In this document: in pieces, positions 1 through 13,182 of the stretch
Numbering within the stretch: the first letter of the stretch is position 1
Layout: each line of letters begins with the position of its first letter
Source: Geosiphon pyriformis uo1
Taxonomy: Eukaryota > Fungi > Glomeromycota
Assembly: GCA_016748015.1 (NCBI GenBank)
Contig: JAAOMT010000094.1
Location: forward strand, 190,520 to 254,519
Direction: 5' to 3'
DNA length: 64,000 nt
Made by a program: the position numbers and the translations under genes
Notes under the pieces: generated by a model
What the model was told of the DNA's origin: nothing
Database searches by the model: none
Seen by the model: only the letters and a program-made list of their open reading frames with translations

Positions 1-1
1 G

Positions 2-2855
2 AAAAATCAAGAAGCAATCGATCGTCGCCGTGCCGATATGGAACGTCGACAGAAAGCGACTGCTGCACGCCGTGCTAAACTTTTAAGTGTTTCAAAATCC
101 CGTTTTTTGACGGTAATCATTCCTCCTACGCGTGAACAAGCTGCTATTATTATCCAAGGTGCTTGGCGTTATAAAAAATACTACAAAGCCGTTAGGAATT
201 ACGTTAAGTTTGGCATTAATTTGTCTTCCACCAAGGCTTTCTCTTTCCGGGAAACTGTTGACCTGTTAAAACAACCAACAGCTATTCAAGCAGCTCTCAA
301 ATTAATTCAACGTGTAAAAAAAGCTTCCCCCTTGACATCTGGTTCAAACAAGTATAAAAACATAGCTCGAGTTTTTCTAAGTGCATATATGATTGTATCC
401 CATACACAGGAAATACTAGGGGATATTGGGGATTATGAAAAGGTAACCACCAAATTAATCCTTGTTCAAGACTTCTCGCTTCGAATTTTACTGAAATTTT
501 ATTTTGACTAGGCTCTTTTGGATTCTGCAAACTCAATGCTTGTTGAATTCGAACAATTTATTGGTGATTTGATGTATAGTGTGCCTAATAAAGTTCGCTA
601 TGGTCCCTTAATTAGGTTTCTTGATTGCTGGGATGTTTATTACAAAGACTTCCACGTTTGGAAATCCAAAGATTCAGAAGAACTTGTCAACAACCTGATA
701 AGTCATTATGTAGGAATGGAAAAGCTATGGATTACCGTGAAAGTTCAGCCTGATGCCGAAATCGAGTGGAGGCCAAGTTTAGCTAAGCAACAAGAAGAGA
801 TTCGAAGAAAAGTTAGACATTTAAGAGGCGATGAGGGGATGGCTAGGCTGGAATTTGCCTTGAGAAATCTGAGAGAAAGTATGCCACATCAGGATTCGGA
901 TGAGCCGGCCAAATCGGACTCTGTTCAGGGAATTATCAATGATAAAGAAACTGTTGTTATTCCTCTAGCTGCCGATTCTAGCCATGAGTCATCTTTATCC
1001 GCGCCACTTCGCAGAGGTCATTCACCCACTAAAAATAATGCCTCAAAAAAATTACGTCCATCTGGTGCAACTCCTGCCCGGGATCAAATAAATAATTTCA
1101 AATCAAGCTCCGACTTGTCTCCCCATTCACAACCTCGGTTACCTAAACCTAAGGCTCAGCCCCCTCGCAAAAACGTAACTCAATTATCATCTGTTGATTC
1201 ATTGACTCAGCCAAATCAGAATATCACAGACTTGTCCTCAAAATTGACACGCTCACACAACAAGGGTGATGATTTTGGCTCCTTAAAGTCTTCAAAATTT
1301 TCAACCAGCAAGGTTTCGCTAGCCACTGTAGTGACGTCCGATATCTCCCCTATCAATCCAGGTTCAATTGAAACTTCTTTGTTACAAACATCATCGCTTC
1401 CTACTTATAACAATGATCTTCGGAGAATTATACAAAACTTTGGGCCAATTGGTGAATTTAGTTTAACAAACGAACAACTTGCCCATGAAATTATTATTGA
1501 CCCTGATTTTGAGCTCAAACCTCCCAAGAGAACAGGGTTTGTAGAAAGTGTCCAATCAATAGCTACAAAAGCCTTTTTTGATTGTAGAAGAGCCGAATTC
1601 GAGCAAGGAAATTATGAAAATTCTTTACCTCTTCTAGAAAAGATAAAACAGGTCAGTCGCTGAATATCTACCTAATATAATTTAAATGTTGAATATGTAT
1701 ATGTCTTAACTAATATTTTCTAATTTTCAGCATCTCATTGAACTTGTCCCACCATCCTCTGCACTATATACTTCTATTAATGAAATTTTAGATATTCCAT
1801 TAATTAAGCAACAAGCCAAAGCAGGGGTTTACAATATCAGCAACTGTATCGCCTTTATTACAAAAACCATGCTGCAGATCTGTGCCCCTGTACGTGATGA
1901 ACAAATTCAATCGCTCAAAGATATCACTGATCTTGCTGAGATCTTTCATCAATTGTTGGGAATCTTGGACTTGATGAGGTTGGACCTCTCTAATTATAGA
2001 GTTAAGGCTTTAAGGCCATATATAAAGGAACAAGCTGTGGATTATGAGAGACGTAAATTTGAACAATCTCTTCGAGCAAACCACAATTCTTTGTCTCTCA
2101 CCAAAGCTTGGCTGAAACCTACAATTGAATCACTTTTGCGGATAGCGGCTGAACGAAATCCGGAGAATATCCATCTTCCTCAACATCAACATAATCATGG
2201 AATCAAGTTCGATCAAGCTTACAATGAGGCTTTAGTATCCTACATTTTTCAACCATCTATTATTGACAAAAGCAATTGCCCGGAACCTTTTGTGCTTGAT
2301 CTTGCGAGACTTTTTAATTTTCAGAATGAAGGGCAGACGATCACAATTGTTGCGGCCTTGCTTATGCTCACCAAGAATGTCGTCATTGGTAGCGATGCTA
2401 TGAAGTCTAAATCTGTTTTTGCTGAATCTATTACTTCTAATAGCGACGATAATCTTAATTCCCTTAAAAAGACTTTATTGGTGTTATTGACCGATGGCGA
2501 TACAAAACTGGAAAACCTTACTGCTGAGATTTTAGCCCATCTTCCGCCCACACTTAGTGCTCAGAACCAGTCTTTAATCAAATCCATGGTCTCCAAAACA
2601 CTTTCGCAATCCGACAAGGTTTTTTCACTCTTGTCTCGGAGAATTCAAACCATTGTCAAACAACATTTACAGACTGGTCAATTTCCTAAACAAGAAACCT
2701 TGGCTCAATATGGCGTGTTGCCGGTATCCAAGGAGTTGGAACAGTTGAGTACCAAAATATGCATCCTTGGACGCTATAACCGGGAGGTTTATGCTCAATG
2801 GTATGATTTGGTTATCTGGGAGATACTCGGAGAATTGAGAAAAAATCAAGTATGA
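2..2855 (+). CDS. TCP11/Sok1-family protein with an IQ-like motif, 5'-partial; exons <2..442, 512..1651, 1731..2855
   Basis: GT-AG introns 443-511 and 1652-1730 join the three ORFs in frame with no stops. TCP11-type motifs: RVFLSAYMI, LAHEIIIDPDF, EILDIPLIKQQ, CAPVRDE, DLMRLDLSNY, YERRKF, CPEPFVLD. IQ-like AAIIIQGAWRYKK. The frame is open to the window edge. Confidence 0.9.
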
Positions 2856-3546
2856 AGCCTCTTTCAAAGTATTGCTATGCTTTAAGTAAAAAATCAAGTA
2901 GTTTCAATAAATGCCATCAAATCTGAATATTGATCAGTCATTTTTATTACAATTAAATTTAAATTAAACCAAAATTGATGTAATTCAGACGACTTAGAAT
3001 CTTGAATAATAGTGATTTATTTTGATTTATTTAAGGCAAAGTAAACACGTAAATGATTTTATTCATAATTAAATTTTATTTTACATAAAGATTTTTTTGG
3101 TTTATCTTAGTTATTATATGTATTTTTTACACATGACCAGTTATCTTGACTTCAATAAATTAAATAAAACAGTTTTATGATTAATAGTTAAATAATTTAT
3201 TTATTTATAATAATCCCAATATTCAGAATTTTTTTATCAAATATAATTTTTTTAAAGATATTAGTCTTAATAATAACAGTTTTAAGAGTTTTTTAAAATT
3301 AAAAATAACAATAACATATTTTTATTAACATTTAAATTCAACTAAAAAATAAAACAAGTTTAATTATATATTTAAATAATTATATTATTAATTTTAAAAC
3401 CAATTTAATTAAATAAAAGATTAATTAACTTTGTTTATAAATAAAAAAAGTTCAGAATTTTGAAAGAAGTTTTTTTCTGTTTTTTTATTGCATATTTCAC
3501 TATTTTTCAAATACCAAACTTTTTTGTTGTTAAACTAACTACAATT

Positions 3547-5378
3547 ATGAGTGGTTTTGATGCTAAAACAAAGTTGGTTAGAGTTGTGGCTACAGATTAT
3601 ATTAGTAAAAGCTTGGCTTAAAAACAAAGATTATTACTTAACAATATTAAATATTCTGATAATAAAGTAAATCTAAGTTTTAGAAATTCAAAAAAGATTG
3701 CTGGCCAATTTGTTGGTATAAAAATGGATAATAATATTAGTAGTAAAAGCAAAGCTCAGTCAGATTTTAAGATAAATATACTTAAAGTAAAAAAGTTCAA
3801 CACTAATGCAGTAGTTGATTCTCTGGCTTTTTGGTCTTTAATATAAATAATAAAAATAAGATTTTTCTTTTTTTCTGCCTCCTTATCTTTCTTGACAAAA
3901 AGTAAATTAATCCAAAAATAATTAAAACCCAGATTGAAGTGAATGTCAAAAAATTCTTTGTATTAGATGTCAATTTTTTGGTAATAGAAAACAAATTGGT
4001 AACTGCAAAGACTTAATCAATTAGAAAATTATTTTCAATAATCAATGGTTTTGGAGAGACCATTACTTCCTTAAAATTTGAGGGAATTATCAGATTCACA
4101 TTTACTTTAGAGAAAAACATAGAAAAGACCATATTATTGGCCAAAAAAAATGGCATCAAGATAAACAGCAATCTTAAAAGACAAGAAATTTGTTCAGATT
4201 GGACCATAGTTATTAAAAAAATTCTCATGAATATGTCTAAGAATATGATTATTACTGCTGTAACTAAGTTTAAAAAAATTGTGTCAATTCAATTACAATT
4301 AATTGGGCTGTGACAGAAAACTGTAATAAAATTCACAAAATCAGAACAGACAGATTAATTGGTAGTCAAGTGGTCATTTTTAATTAGAAAGAATTTAGTA
4401 TATATAACAAAGACTATAAAATAATTCTTAAACATTCAATTATTGTGATTTTTTAAAGTGCTTTTGTTTATCTTGTCTATAGAAACAATAGCTCATAATT
4501 TAAACACACTATTAAAAAGAGCTAGTAGAAAAATGTGTGTTATTAATTATTTATTTGACACTAATAATAAGATTCATTGTGCTGTAATTAGTTTTGATAT
4601 AAAAGATAGTTTAAAATCTGTTTTTTGCACAGAACCTATTTTTGGTGATGTAAAATTTTCTTGGGCTAGAATAGATTTGGTTTGGTATAAGAAATATAAG
4701 TATTTTGAATATTTTGCTTTAGAATATATTGAACAACTTGTATTCACTTCTAAGCCTTTAAAAATATTTAAAAAAACTGGTTTGGATATAGATTGCCTTT
4801 AGTTGGCCAAGTTGTATACAAAGAAAGATATTTCTATCTTCCATTTTGTTGTTTTTGGTAACAAGTTTTGGGTTCAAGTTATGTTATTAGCTTTTGTTTA
4901 CAATAATATGCTATTTGGTTCTGGTTTTGGCTCTTTTTTTTATGATTTTCCAAGTGCTGTGAAGGCTTTTTATTCTTTACAATATGTTTCATCAATTAAG
5001 TTTTACTTAACTTTCTTAGAGTGCTTATTGAAATTATTGGCTGATCAAATTGCCAATGTTTTGTGCAAAATAAATAATATGAACATAGTTTCTTTAGTAT
5101 CTGCCTTTTGGCTTTCTGCTTTAGTTTTTTCTGTGGTTTTGGATTCCAGTTTAGACTTAAATGTGGTTATAGATGTCTCTTGGGTTCTGTCTTTACCTTT
5201 TTTATTAGTAACAATTGGCACTTCAGATTTGAATCAAAACAGCTCCAAAATTTTAACAGCTAAAATAAGTAGTCTGAAATTAAAATTGGTTGCATTTGAG
5301 AGTATAGTCAAATCAGTTTTTTTTAGATTGGATCAGATGTATATTAGTTTGGACTCTTTAGCAAGTATACTTTTTTAA
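3547..5378 (+). pseudogene. LINE-A ORF1 remnant (RRM-like nucleic-acid-binding protein)
   Basis: ATG at 3547. Segments such as FSIINGFGETIT, WTIVIKKI and IAHNLNTLL align with LINE-B ORF1. Many in-frame stops. Confidence 0.75.
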
Positions 5379-5529
5379 TAACTAATTTTATTTGGAAAAT
5401 TGCTATGTGTAATAAGAAAAAAAACTTCTTTTCTTTTTCATCCCAAAATCTTAAAAAAGAGTCAAAAGTTTTCTGAAAGAAGTTTTTACAATTGAGTATG
5501 ATAAATCTAAACTCTTTATTTTCGACTAT

Positions 5530-7350
5530 GAGGTCACCATTGGCTGTAGTATTGCTGTCATAAAAAAGGCTGCCAAAGTTTTTGGTTTTAGTAATGGTTT
5601 CAGATCTGTTCTTCTGAAGAGAAAAAGAAGAGGTGGTGTTTTAGAAGATGGTTCTGATAGTGGAAAAGTTGGTCTTAAAGTCCAAAGTAATTGCTCATGA
5701 GGTTCAGAGACTAGTGACACCACTGAGTCTGAAAGTATTAATATGGAGGAGGAGTGTCTGGTTGAAGAAACCAGTTTCAATTATGGTAAAGATAATGCTC
5801 TTGCTGAGGGAGATCATAATCAGACACCTACAGGCTCAAAAGTCAAAACTAAGAAGGCATTGGGTAAACCATTGAGAAAAATTGACTTCTCATCAAGCAG
5901 TAATGATGATAATGCTTTTTTGGATACCCCTCTGGTGCTTTCACTACCTGTGAAGAATTTAGTCAACATTTCTGTGCAGAAATCTTTTGCTCTAGATATT
6001 GGGTTGGACAAGGTGGTTAGGAAATCTTTTTATAAAAAGCTTCAGGTGGTCAGAAAATTGTTTTCAAGAATCAATGGTTTTGGGGGGGCTTCTACCCTCT
6101 CAAAATTTGCTGGAATTGTCAAAGTGATGTTTATTTCCGAATTGAGTTTAATAAAAGCTACCAAGTTGGCTACTGATGTGAAGATCCTGGTAAACACTGA
6201 TCTCAAGATATTATCTGGGCATTCAGATTGGGCTGTGGGAATAAAAGAAATTCCTGTTGGAACATTGGTTGAGACTGTGTGTGCTGTGCTTTCCAAATTT
6301 GGGATAATTAAATCAGTCAAGATACAGCTAGTAGGTCTATGGTAAAAAGTGATTATCGAGTTTGAAAATCAGAATTAAGCTGATCTTTTGGCTTCCAAAT
6401 GGTTCATTCTCATTGGAAAAGATGCTGTTCATGTGGCCAGAGCCAATCTTAATAAACAAACATAGAACTCTAGGAATCTACATAAGGCACTGCTTTATAC
6501 TCTTCCTGTGGGAACTAATGCTCACAATATCTGGAATCATATTGGCTCTGTGGATGGGAAGACTTGTATAATTAATCATCATCCAGTCACATATGCTCGA
6601 GCCAGGTATGCCATTGTTTGTTTTGGGTCAGCTGAATCATTGAATGTCATCATAAGTACTGCTCTTGTGTTAAGAGGTGCTCATTTTCATTGGTTTTGTC
6701 TTGGTTCTGCTGTGTGTGCAAAGTGTGGTAAGGTGGATCACACCTCTCTGGGCTGTGCTTCTGGTGAGAGGATTTTTTCTGGTAGCTTGTTATGTTGGGT
6801 TCTTTCAGATGCTAATAAAAGCAGACTGGCAGCCATTTATGCCAAATGTTCAGTGCCAGTTTCTTGTCTTGTCTTCTTTGGTGATGTTTCATGGGCCAAG
6901 ATTGTTGTTGGGTCCTCCTTTCTCCCTCTTCCTGTTCAGAATGTTTTGTTGAATAATGACTCCTCTTCGGAAATGAAGCTTACCCTGCAAGTGTCACTGG
7001 AGTTGAATAATAGGTTTGTCACTCTTGAGTGCAGTCTCACCAGCCTTGCAGAGCACGTGAATAAGCTGGTTAAGAGGTTGGATACACTTGGGCCAATGGT
7101 TTTCCAGCTTAGCCCTGGACGTTAGTCATTGGTGACTCTTTTGTCACAGAATCAAAGAGCAGATATAGTGATAAATAAGGGTTTAGGTGTGGCCATTAGT
7201 GATGGGACTGTTGTGGGAGTGGTAGATTTTGATGCTTCTGTTATTTCAAAAATGGAGGAAATGTTGTGCAATCTTTCAGTCATGGTTATGAGTCTTTTGA
7301 CCAAAATGGACAATGCTGATTCAGTTTCTGCTATTCATTCTTCTCAATAA
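5530..7350 (+). pseudogene. LINE-B ORF1 (basic NLS-like patch, RRM-like region, CCHC knuckle, coiled coil)
   Basis: ORF pieces 5743-6345, 6508-7125 and 7129-7350 share one frame separated by stops. KRKRRGG; IKEIPVGT...LSKFGIIKSVKIQL; CAKCGKVDHTSLGC. Start codon uncertain. Confidence 0.8.
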
Positions 7351-10300
7351 CAGATTTAATTTGGAAAATTGCTATGTGCAATGTTCAGAGTATCAATGTC
7401 TCTGCTAAGCAGAAAGATGTTGTTTGTTGGCATAGGGAATCAGGGAATTTGGTCTCAATTATTACAGAAACAAAATTGAGGTCTAGCTGTAGGCCGTGGA
7501 TCAAAAATAGGTTTGATGGTGTTTGGGTTTTCACTTCTGGTTTGGATGCAAGTTTTCTTGGTGCTGGGGTAGCCATTATCATGAATGTCTCTCTGGCTCA
7601 TCATGTGTGTAGAATTTCTGAGGTGTCTGGTCAGCTTCTTTTTATCAAGTTGCTTTTCAAAAATAGGCTGTTAGTGTCAATTTTGGGACTTTATGCTGGT
7701 GTTTCTCTGGCTGTTCATTTTGCTCAAGCAGATAAAGTCAACTCTATGATTGTGAAGGCTGTGAATAAGTTTTCTTTTGTCATCTTGAGTAGTGATTTCA
7801 ATGAAGATGGATCTCACAAATGCACTAGTTTCAAAAAATGCTTTGATATTGGTCTGGTCAATTCTTTAGGCAAAAGCTCATTCATAAGGGTACCAACATG
7901 GACCAATTCTTGAGGTGTCTCGAAAATGATTAATTACATGTTTGTTTCTTTGAGTTTGGCCAATGCAGTTGTACATCATAGTGTTTTGGATGTTAGTACA
8001 TATTTTGACACTAATCATTAAGCTGTTTCTGTGTTCATGGGTTTGAGTGGCTTGTTAGATATGCAGTTGAATTCTCTTTGCAAGCAAGCAAATAAAAATC
8101 GTTGGAAGTTCAATTTTAAAGGTACTGATAATGCAATATGAACCAAATTTAAAGATGCTTCTGCAGCTAATGCCACCATGTTCTCTGATGATTTTTTCAC
8201 TTCTGAGTGATGCTCAGATTTGGATGCGATGTGGAATGCTGTTTGCAAGTCTGTTACATTATCAGCTAATGAAATATTTAAAAAAAAATGGTTTAAAAAC
8301 TCTGGTCACATCTTTATCAAAGAATCTTCAAGGTTTTATAGATTAAAACTTTTGGTTTCAAAGATTGTTAGGGCTTTTCATAGAGCTAATGTTGACAACT
8401 TTATTTCTCTTATGAAGTGTTGGTGTTTTTTGGACATAGCTAAGGCTTTGATCATTTAGGATTTGGTGGACTCTAGTGTGATCTTTGATCATGTTCATTC
8501 AGCTCTCTTTATCATCAGGAAATCTTATCATGTGCTGAAGTGTGTGGAATTTCTAAGGGCCAAGGAAGCAAACATCAGGTCTGCCATAGATAAAAGAATG
8601 GAGAGCTTTGAGACAAATAAAGGTCATACTATCAGAAGTGTGTTAAAGTGCCCATTTCACAAGATGGTGCTTGACCATTTGATTGTCAATGATGAGCTGG
8701 TTCTGGAGCCTGGTTTGGTTAAGTCTAAGGTGGATAGTATTATAGAGAGTTGGACTTGGAAATGTTAAACAGTTTTTGATGTGTTTAGTGAATAGCATTA
8801 TTAGTATTAGCCTTTAGAATATGTTTTTGATAGAGCTTTTTTTGGTGTAATGTGTTTAATTGGATTTGATGAGTTTTTTGGAGTGGTTTTTGATTTGCCT
8901 GATAGCAAAGCTGCTGGTCTTTTGGGTATCTCAAATGAACTTTGGAAGCATTATGATAAATCTGTTCTGGATATGCTCTTAGTGCTTTTGAATTTCTGTT
9001 TGTCTGGTAGATCTGTATCCAGTTCTTGAAAAGAGACTTGGGTCTTAATGATTCCCAAACCTTATGAATGGGAGGATGTTCTAACAAATACTCACCCTAT
9101 TGCTTTGATTGAGACAGCTTGCAAGATTTTTTCTAAGATTCTCTCTGATAGGATCTCTTTAGCTTGTAGTACTTTTGATGTTTTTTGTGGTATTACTGAA
9201 GGTTTTTGGTCTCTTTTCTTGAATGTTGTTAATGTTGGTTTGCTGTGAATTCACGTTTCCAGGAAGTAGTTGGATCTCCAGTAACTGAATTTATCTTCAA
9301 ATTATCTTCTATAATTTGAACTGCTGGGCTTATAAGTAGAATGGCCAATTTCTTGCCAGTTACTTTATGTAGTTACATTGTAGTAAATGTCAACTCTTTC
9401 CTAGAAATTGCTCATTTAGAAGCTCACTAAAAATGTGTAGTTACTTTGCTGTGAAAGTCAACTCTTCTACAAGAATTCTGTCTGTAGGCTACTTTAATGA
9501 TTATAATAAGAAAATAAAAAAAAGTAAAAGAAATGTAAAAGAAATTGAATTCTGTCAAGGGAAATGTTTTCTATCCAGGCCTAGAATTACTAACAGTTTA
9601 CTGAAATTGGTAGCTAATCAATTTCAAAACGTTAGTTGGGTTTTGGGGATTTTCCAAGTACAATAATTAAAGAATTTGGTTTTTCAAATTATTTGATATT
9701 TATTTCTTTTTGTGTATGTAGAAATGGTTTTAAGTAATAAATCTAAAGTAAGATACATTTTCTTGAAGAGAAAAGCTCTTCTTTTATACAACTTGTTATA
9801 GTACTAGTTTATGAACTTGCACTTTTTCTCTTTGCTCAAATTTTGGTGAACTAAAGATACATTTTGATAAACTACAAGTTATTTCACTGAACTATTGATT
9901 AATTTGGGTGAACTATTCATAATTTTGGCAAATTTCTATAAATTTCGGTGAATTTCTTATAAATTTTGGCGAATTTCTGTAAATTTCAGTGAATTTTTGA
10001 ATGTTATAAAGTTCAGGATATTGTGTAATTTGATCATCTTACTTTTTGTTATACTAATTGGATTATTTAATTGAATTATGATATGTGATAATTGATTAAA
10101 TAATAAATGATAATTTGAAATGATATTAATATACTAATTAATTATAGAAATTATAAGGGTAATTTCATGCTAATTAATAGCTAAAATTTTACTGGTAACA
10201 GCAGTGACAATTTTTCAGTCTTAAAGAGCACAACAACTCAATTTCCAATTTTTGCAATTGAGTCAGTTATTGAAAATGCTTTGGAGAAAAACTGGGAGCT

Positions 10301-13046
10301 CTGGCTAGTTCTGTAGAACATGCAGAAGGCATATAATTTGGTGGGCTGAGAACATCTTGAGAAAAGCTTAGTCAGGATTAAGATGTGTGACAGATTCATT
10401 CGATTTTTTGGTAGTATTTATAGAAATTGTACCAACTGAATTATGACAGACTTTGGTTTGACAGATAATTATTATGTACATGATAGACTGAATCAAGGAA
10501 AGGTTTTCTCTCTCTTTTTATGGTGTATATTTTATGACCCTTTTTTGTGTAAAGTCAAATGTTAGAAGAGTGTGTATGGGTACAATATTAATTCACACTT
10601 TATTTCCAAGAGTGGTCATGCTAAATCTTGGACTGGAATTTTTTTCTTTCTTGCTGCTAGCATCTTTGTTGATAATACAATTTGGGTTGGCAGCAGTTAG
10701 AATACTACTCAACACATTCTTAATGTTGCTAGTGAATTTTTCCAAATTAATGATATTTTAATCAATAATAACAAAATTGTGGTCATTCCCATCAATAGCA
10801 GAGTCAACAACCCATCCCTTTTTATTAGTGGTTTGCTTATTTCTGTAGCCCGTAAAGGAGAATCTCATCAGTATCTTGGTATTTTTCTGTTAACTGAGAG
10901 TCTTTCTAAGCCTAGTTTGACTAAAGCACATTTGGACGTTTGTTTTTTTACTAATTTGGTCTTAAAAAAGACTGTTTCAGATAAGCAATTCTTATATCTG
11001 GTTTCAGCAGTTCTCTATTCTATAGTTGGTTACAGAACACAGTTTAGCTTTGTTTCTGTTAGCATTTGCAACAAATGGGATGCTTTAATTTGCAAGGGCT
11101 TGAAGCTGAAATCTGGTCTTCCGCTTGATTTTTCTGGTGATATAATTCACCATCCTTCCTTTTATAGTTTGAAATCTTTTTCACAATGTCAGTCTGAAAG
11201 TAAAATTGCTTCACTTATTAGCTTCGTGAACTCTGGTAGAATTCTGGGTTATTTATTCAATCACAAGTCTTATAACTTGCAAGTTCTATGTTGATATCTC
11301 TTCCATCCATTGAGTTCTCCTACTTGTATTCATGTCAGTGCTTCTAATAATTTTTTGTCAAGTATGGTTCACATTTTTTTTGACTGTGATTTGTTTTTGG
11401 GTGGCTTTTTGGCCAGCTTTTTTTGACTTTGTAATGGGGTGTCTATATCTACCATTTTGGGTAAGTCTTTATTTTTCAAGTTTTTGTCTTCTTTCCAGTG
11501 TTATGGCATTGCCTTTGTGGATTAGCTTCATGATCGTCATGGTGATGTTTTTAATTGGTGCACCTTTAAGTGGTGGAAGAAACTGGATCCTTGTGGGCTG
11601 GTTCCTGAGTGGTTCAAGCTCTCTGTTGCATTTCTTGTTGGTCTGCCTTCCTCTCTTTCATCTTTGAATAGTGTTGGCCCTCTGAACATTTGTGAGTTCA
11701 GTGATTTTGTGTCTGTCTGCAACCATCTTTCTCATGTTGGCTCTGATAGTTTGTTTGTTTATACAAATGGTTTTCTCAAAAATTTGGGCACGGTTGGTTG
11801 TTAGACAAGTGCTGCTGTCTTTTTTGCAAACATTAATTTGGGTTTGGGTGTTAGTGTTTGTGGTTTAGTATCATCTACTTTGGTGGAGTTATAGGCTATC
11901 ACCTTGGCTCTGGAGTATGTACCCATGTCTTACTCTGTTCACTTGTTTTCAGACAGTCAAGCTGCTTTGGATGCTTGTAAATTGGAGCTAAATCTAATGT
12001 GTTCTGACTTTTACAATCAGTATTGGGTTGAGCATTGGCATATCAATAATATTATTCATAGCAAAAACTTGGAGATCATCTGGTGCAAGATCAAGAGCCA
12101 CTTTGGAATTTTGGGGAATGACTGTGCTAACAGTCTTGCTGACACTGCTTTTCTCTCTGGGTGGTTTCTTCCTCCTCACATTGGTGAACATTTTTTGGTG
12201 GCTGATAATAATATAGTCTCTGGTAATTCTAGACACTTTGTTTGAGATGTGTTTCATGCTGTCTGTCATGCACATTGGGAGGTTGGTTCTGGTTCTGGTT
12301 CTGGTTTTCTGGTGGGTGATTTGCTTTTGGATGTCAATTGGCTCAGCTTTTTATGGGTATAACATCTTGATTCGCATATGGCTGCAGGTTTTATTAGCAG
12401 GTGCACTGCTAATACTCGTACTTACTTTATGAAGGCTTTATACTGTTAGCTTTCTGTAGTTGTTCGAAAGCATTTCTATAATAAGTGTTATCCCAGTGTT
12501 CTATGATTGTACTGTACAGAAGTGGAGATGTCTGATCATGTGTTTTTTTGCACAATTGATATTTCTGCTTATTACAAGATTTTGGATTCCTGTGCATCCT
12601 CTTGGAGGAAACTTTTTGGTCATTCTCCTTTTCTTTTGAGTGTGCTACAGCTGTTGTCAACCTGTGCTTCAGATCTCTTGATGTCTTCAGCTCTTTTTAA
12701 GAGTTTTGTTTTCAATGGGTAGTTCTTGGAGGCTGTTTCTGTCTTTTATAATCCCAAAGTTGCTAGGGTTAAAGTTACTAAATTTGTGCACTCTCTTTGT
12801 CTTGCTTTCAAAGATAACATTTGGGTGGTTTGTGCTAAGCATTGTGTTTTCATGAAAAAACATGGGCTGATCCCAATAGATGGTTCAACTCCCATCTTAG
12901 TTTTTGGCTTGGCTTTGAAGTTTTTGGCTGGTGTGATTAAATTGCTTGGAATTTCTGAGGCCTTTGGTGTCCATTTTGGCTTTTGCAAACCTTGTTTGTT
13001 TTTTTCAGATGTTGGTATCTCAGTTTCAGTTAATATAACTGTGTAG
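7347..13046 (+). pseudogene. LINE-B ORF2: APE endonuclease, reverse transcriptase, RNase H, C-terminal Cys/His motif
   Basis: APE: CNVQSIN, ITETK, SSDFNE. RT: MIPKPYEW...THPIALIET, degenerate QG, FVDNTIW, YLG. RNase H: YTNG, SDSQAAL, KIKSHFGILGNDCANSLA. Also YCTEVEMSDH. Interrupted by the solo LTR at 9191-10200. Confidence 0.9.
9191..10200 (-). mobile_element. Solo LTR, family 2, inserted in LINE-B RT
   Basis: TATTAC...GTAACA ends. 4-bp TSD GTGG/GCAG (ancestral GCGG); removing it restores the RT frame (..GDNFSVLK). Homologous to 47048-48020, whose PBS sets the minus orientation. Confidence 0.9.
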
Positions 13047-13182
13047 TGTTGTCCTGACTGGTCTGAGTGGCTGGTCACATATAAATAATACATGATTCAT
13101 GCTTAATTTAGATTATTTCTTTGATGTATAGTTCTAGGTGGTGTTTGGACTCCACTCATTAAGCAATTAATAAAAAAAAATA

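Larger units (their letters stand above)
5415..13180 (+). mobile_element. LINE-B: near full-length non-LTR retrotransposon (ORF1; ORF2 with APE-RT-RNase H-Cys motif) with poly(A) tail
   Basis: Ends in AATAAAAAAAAA (13169-13180). ~10-bp TSD ATGTGTAATA (5405-5414) / ATATGTAATA (13180-13189). Clade not determined. Confidence 0.92.

Noticed and set aside
297-2897. Antisense ORFs over the TCP11 gene, and the many short antisense or alternate-frame ORFs over TEs
   Set aside because: Shadow frames of real or former coding sequence, with no motifs.
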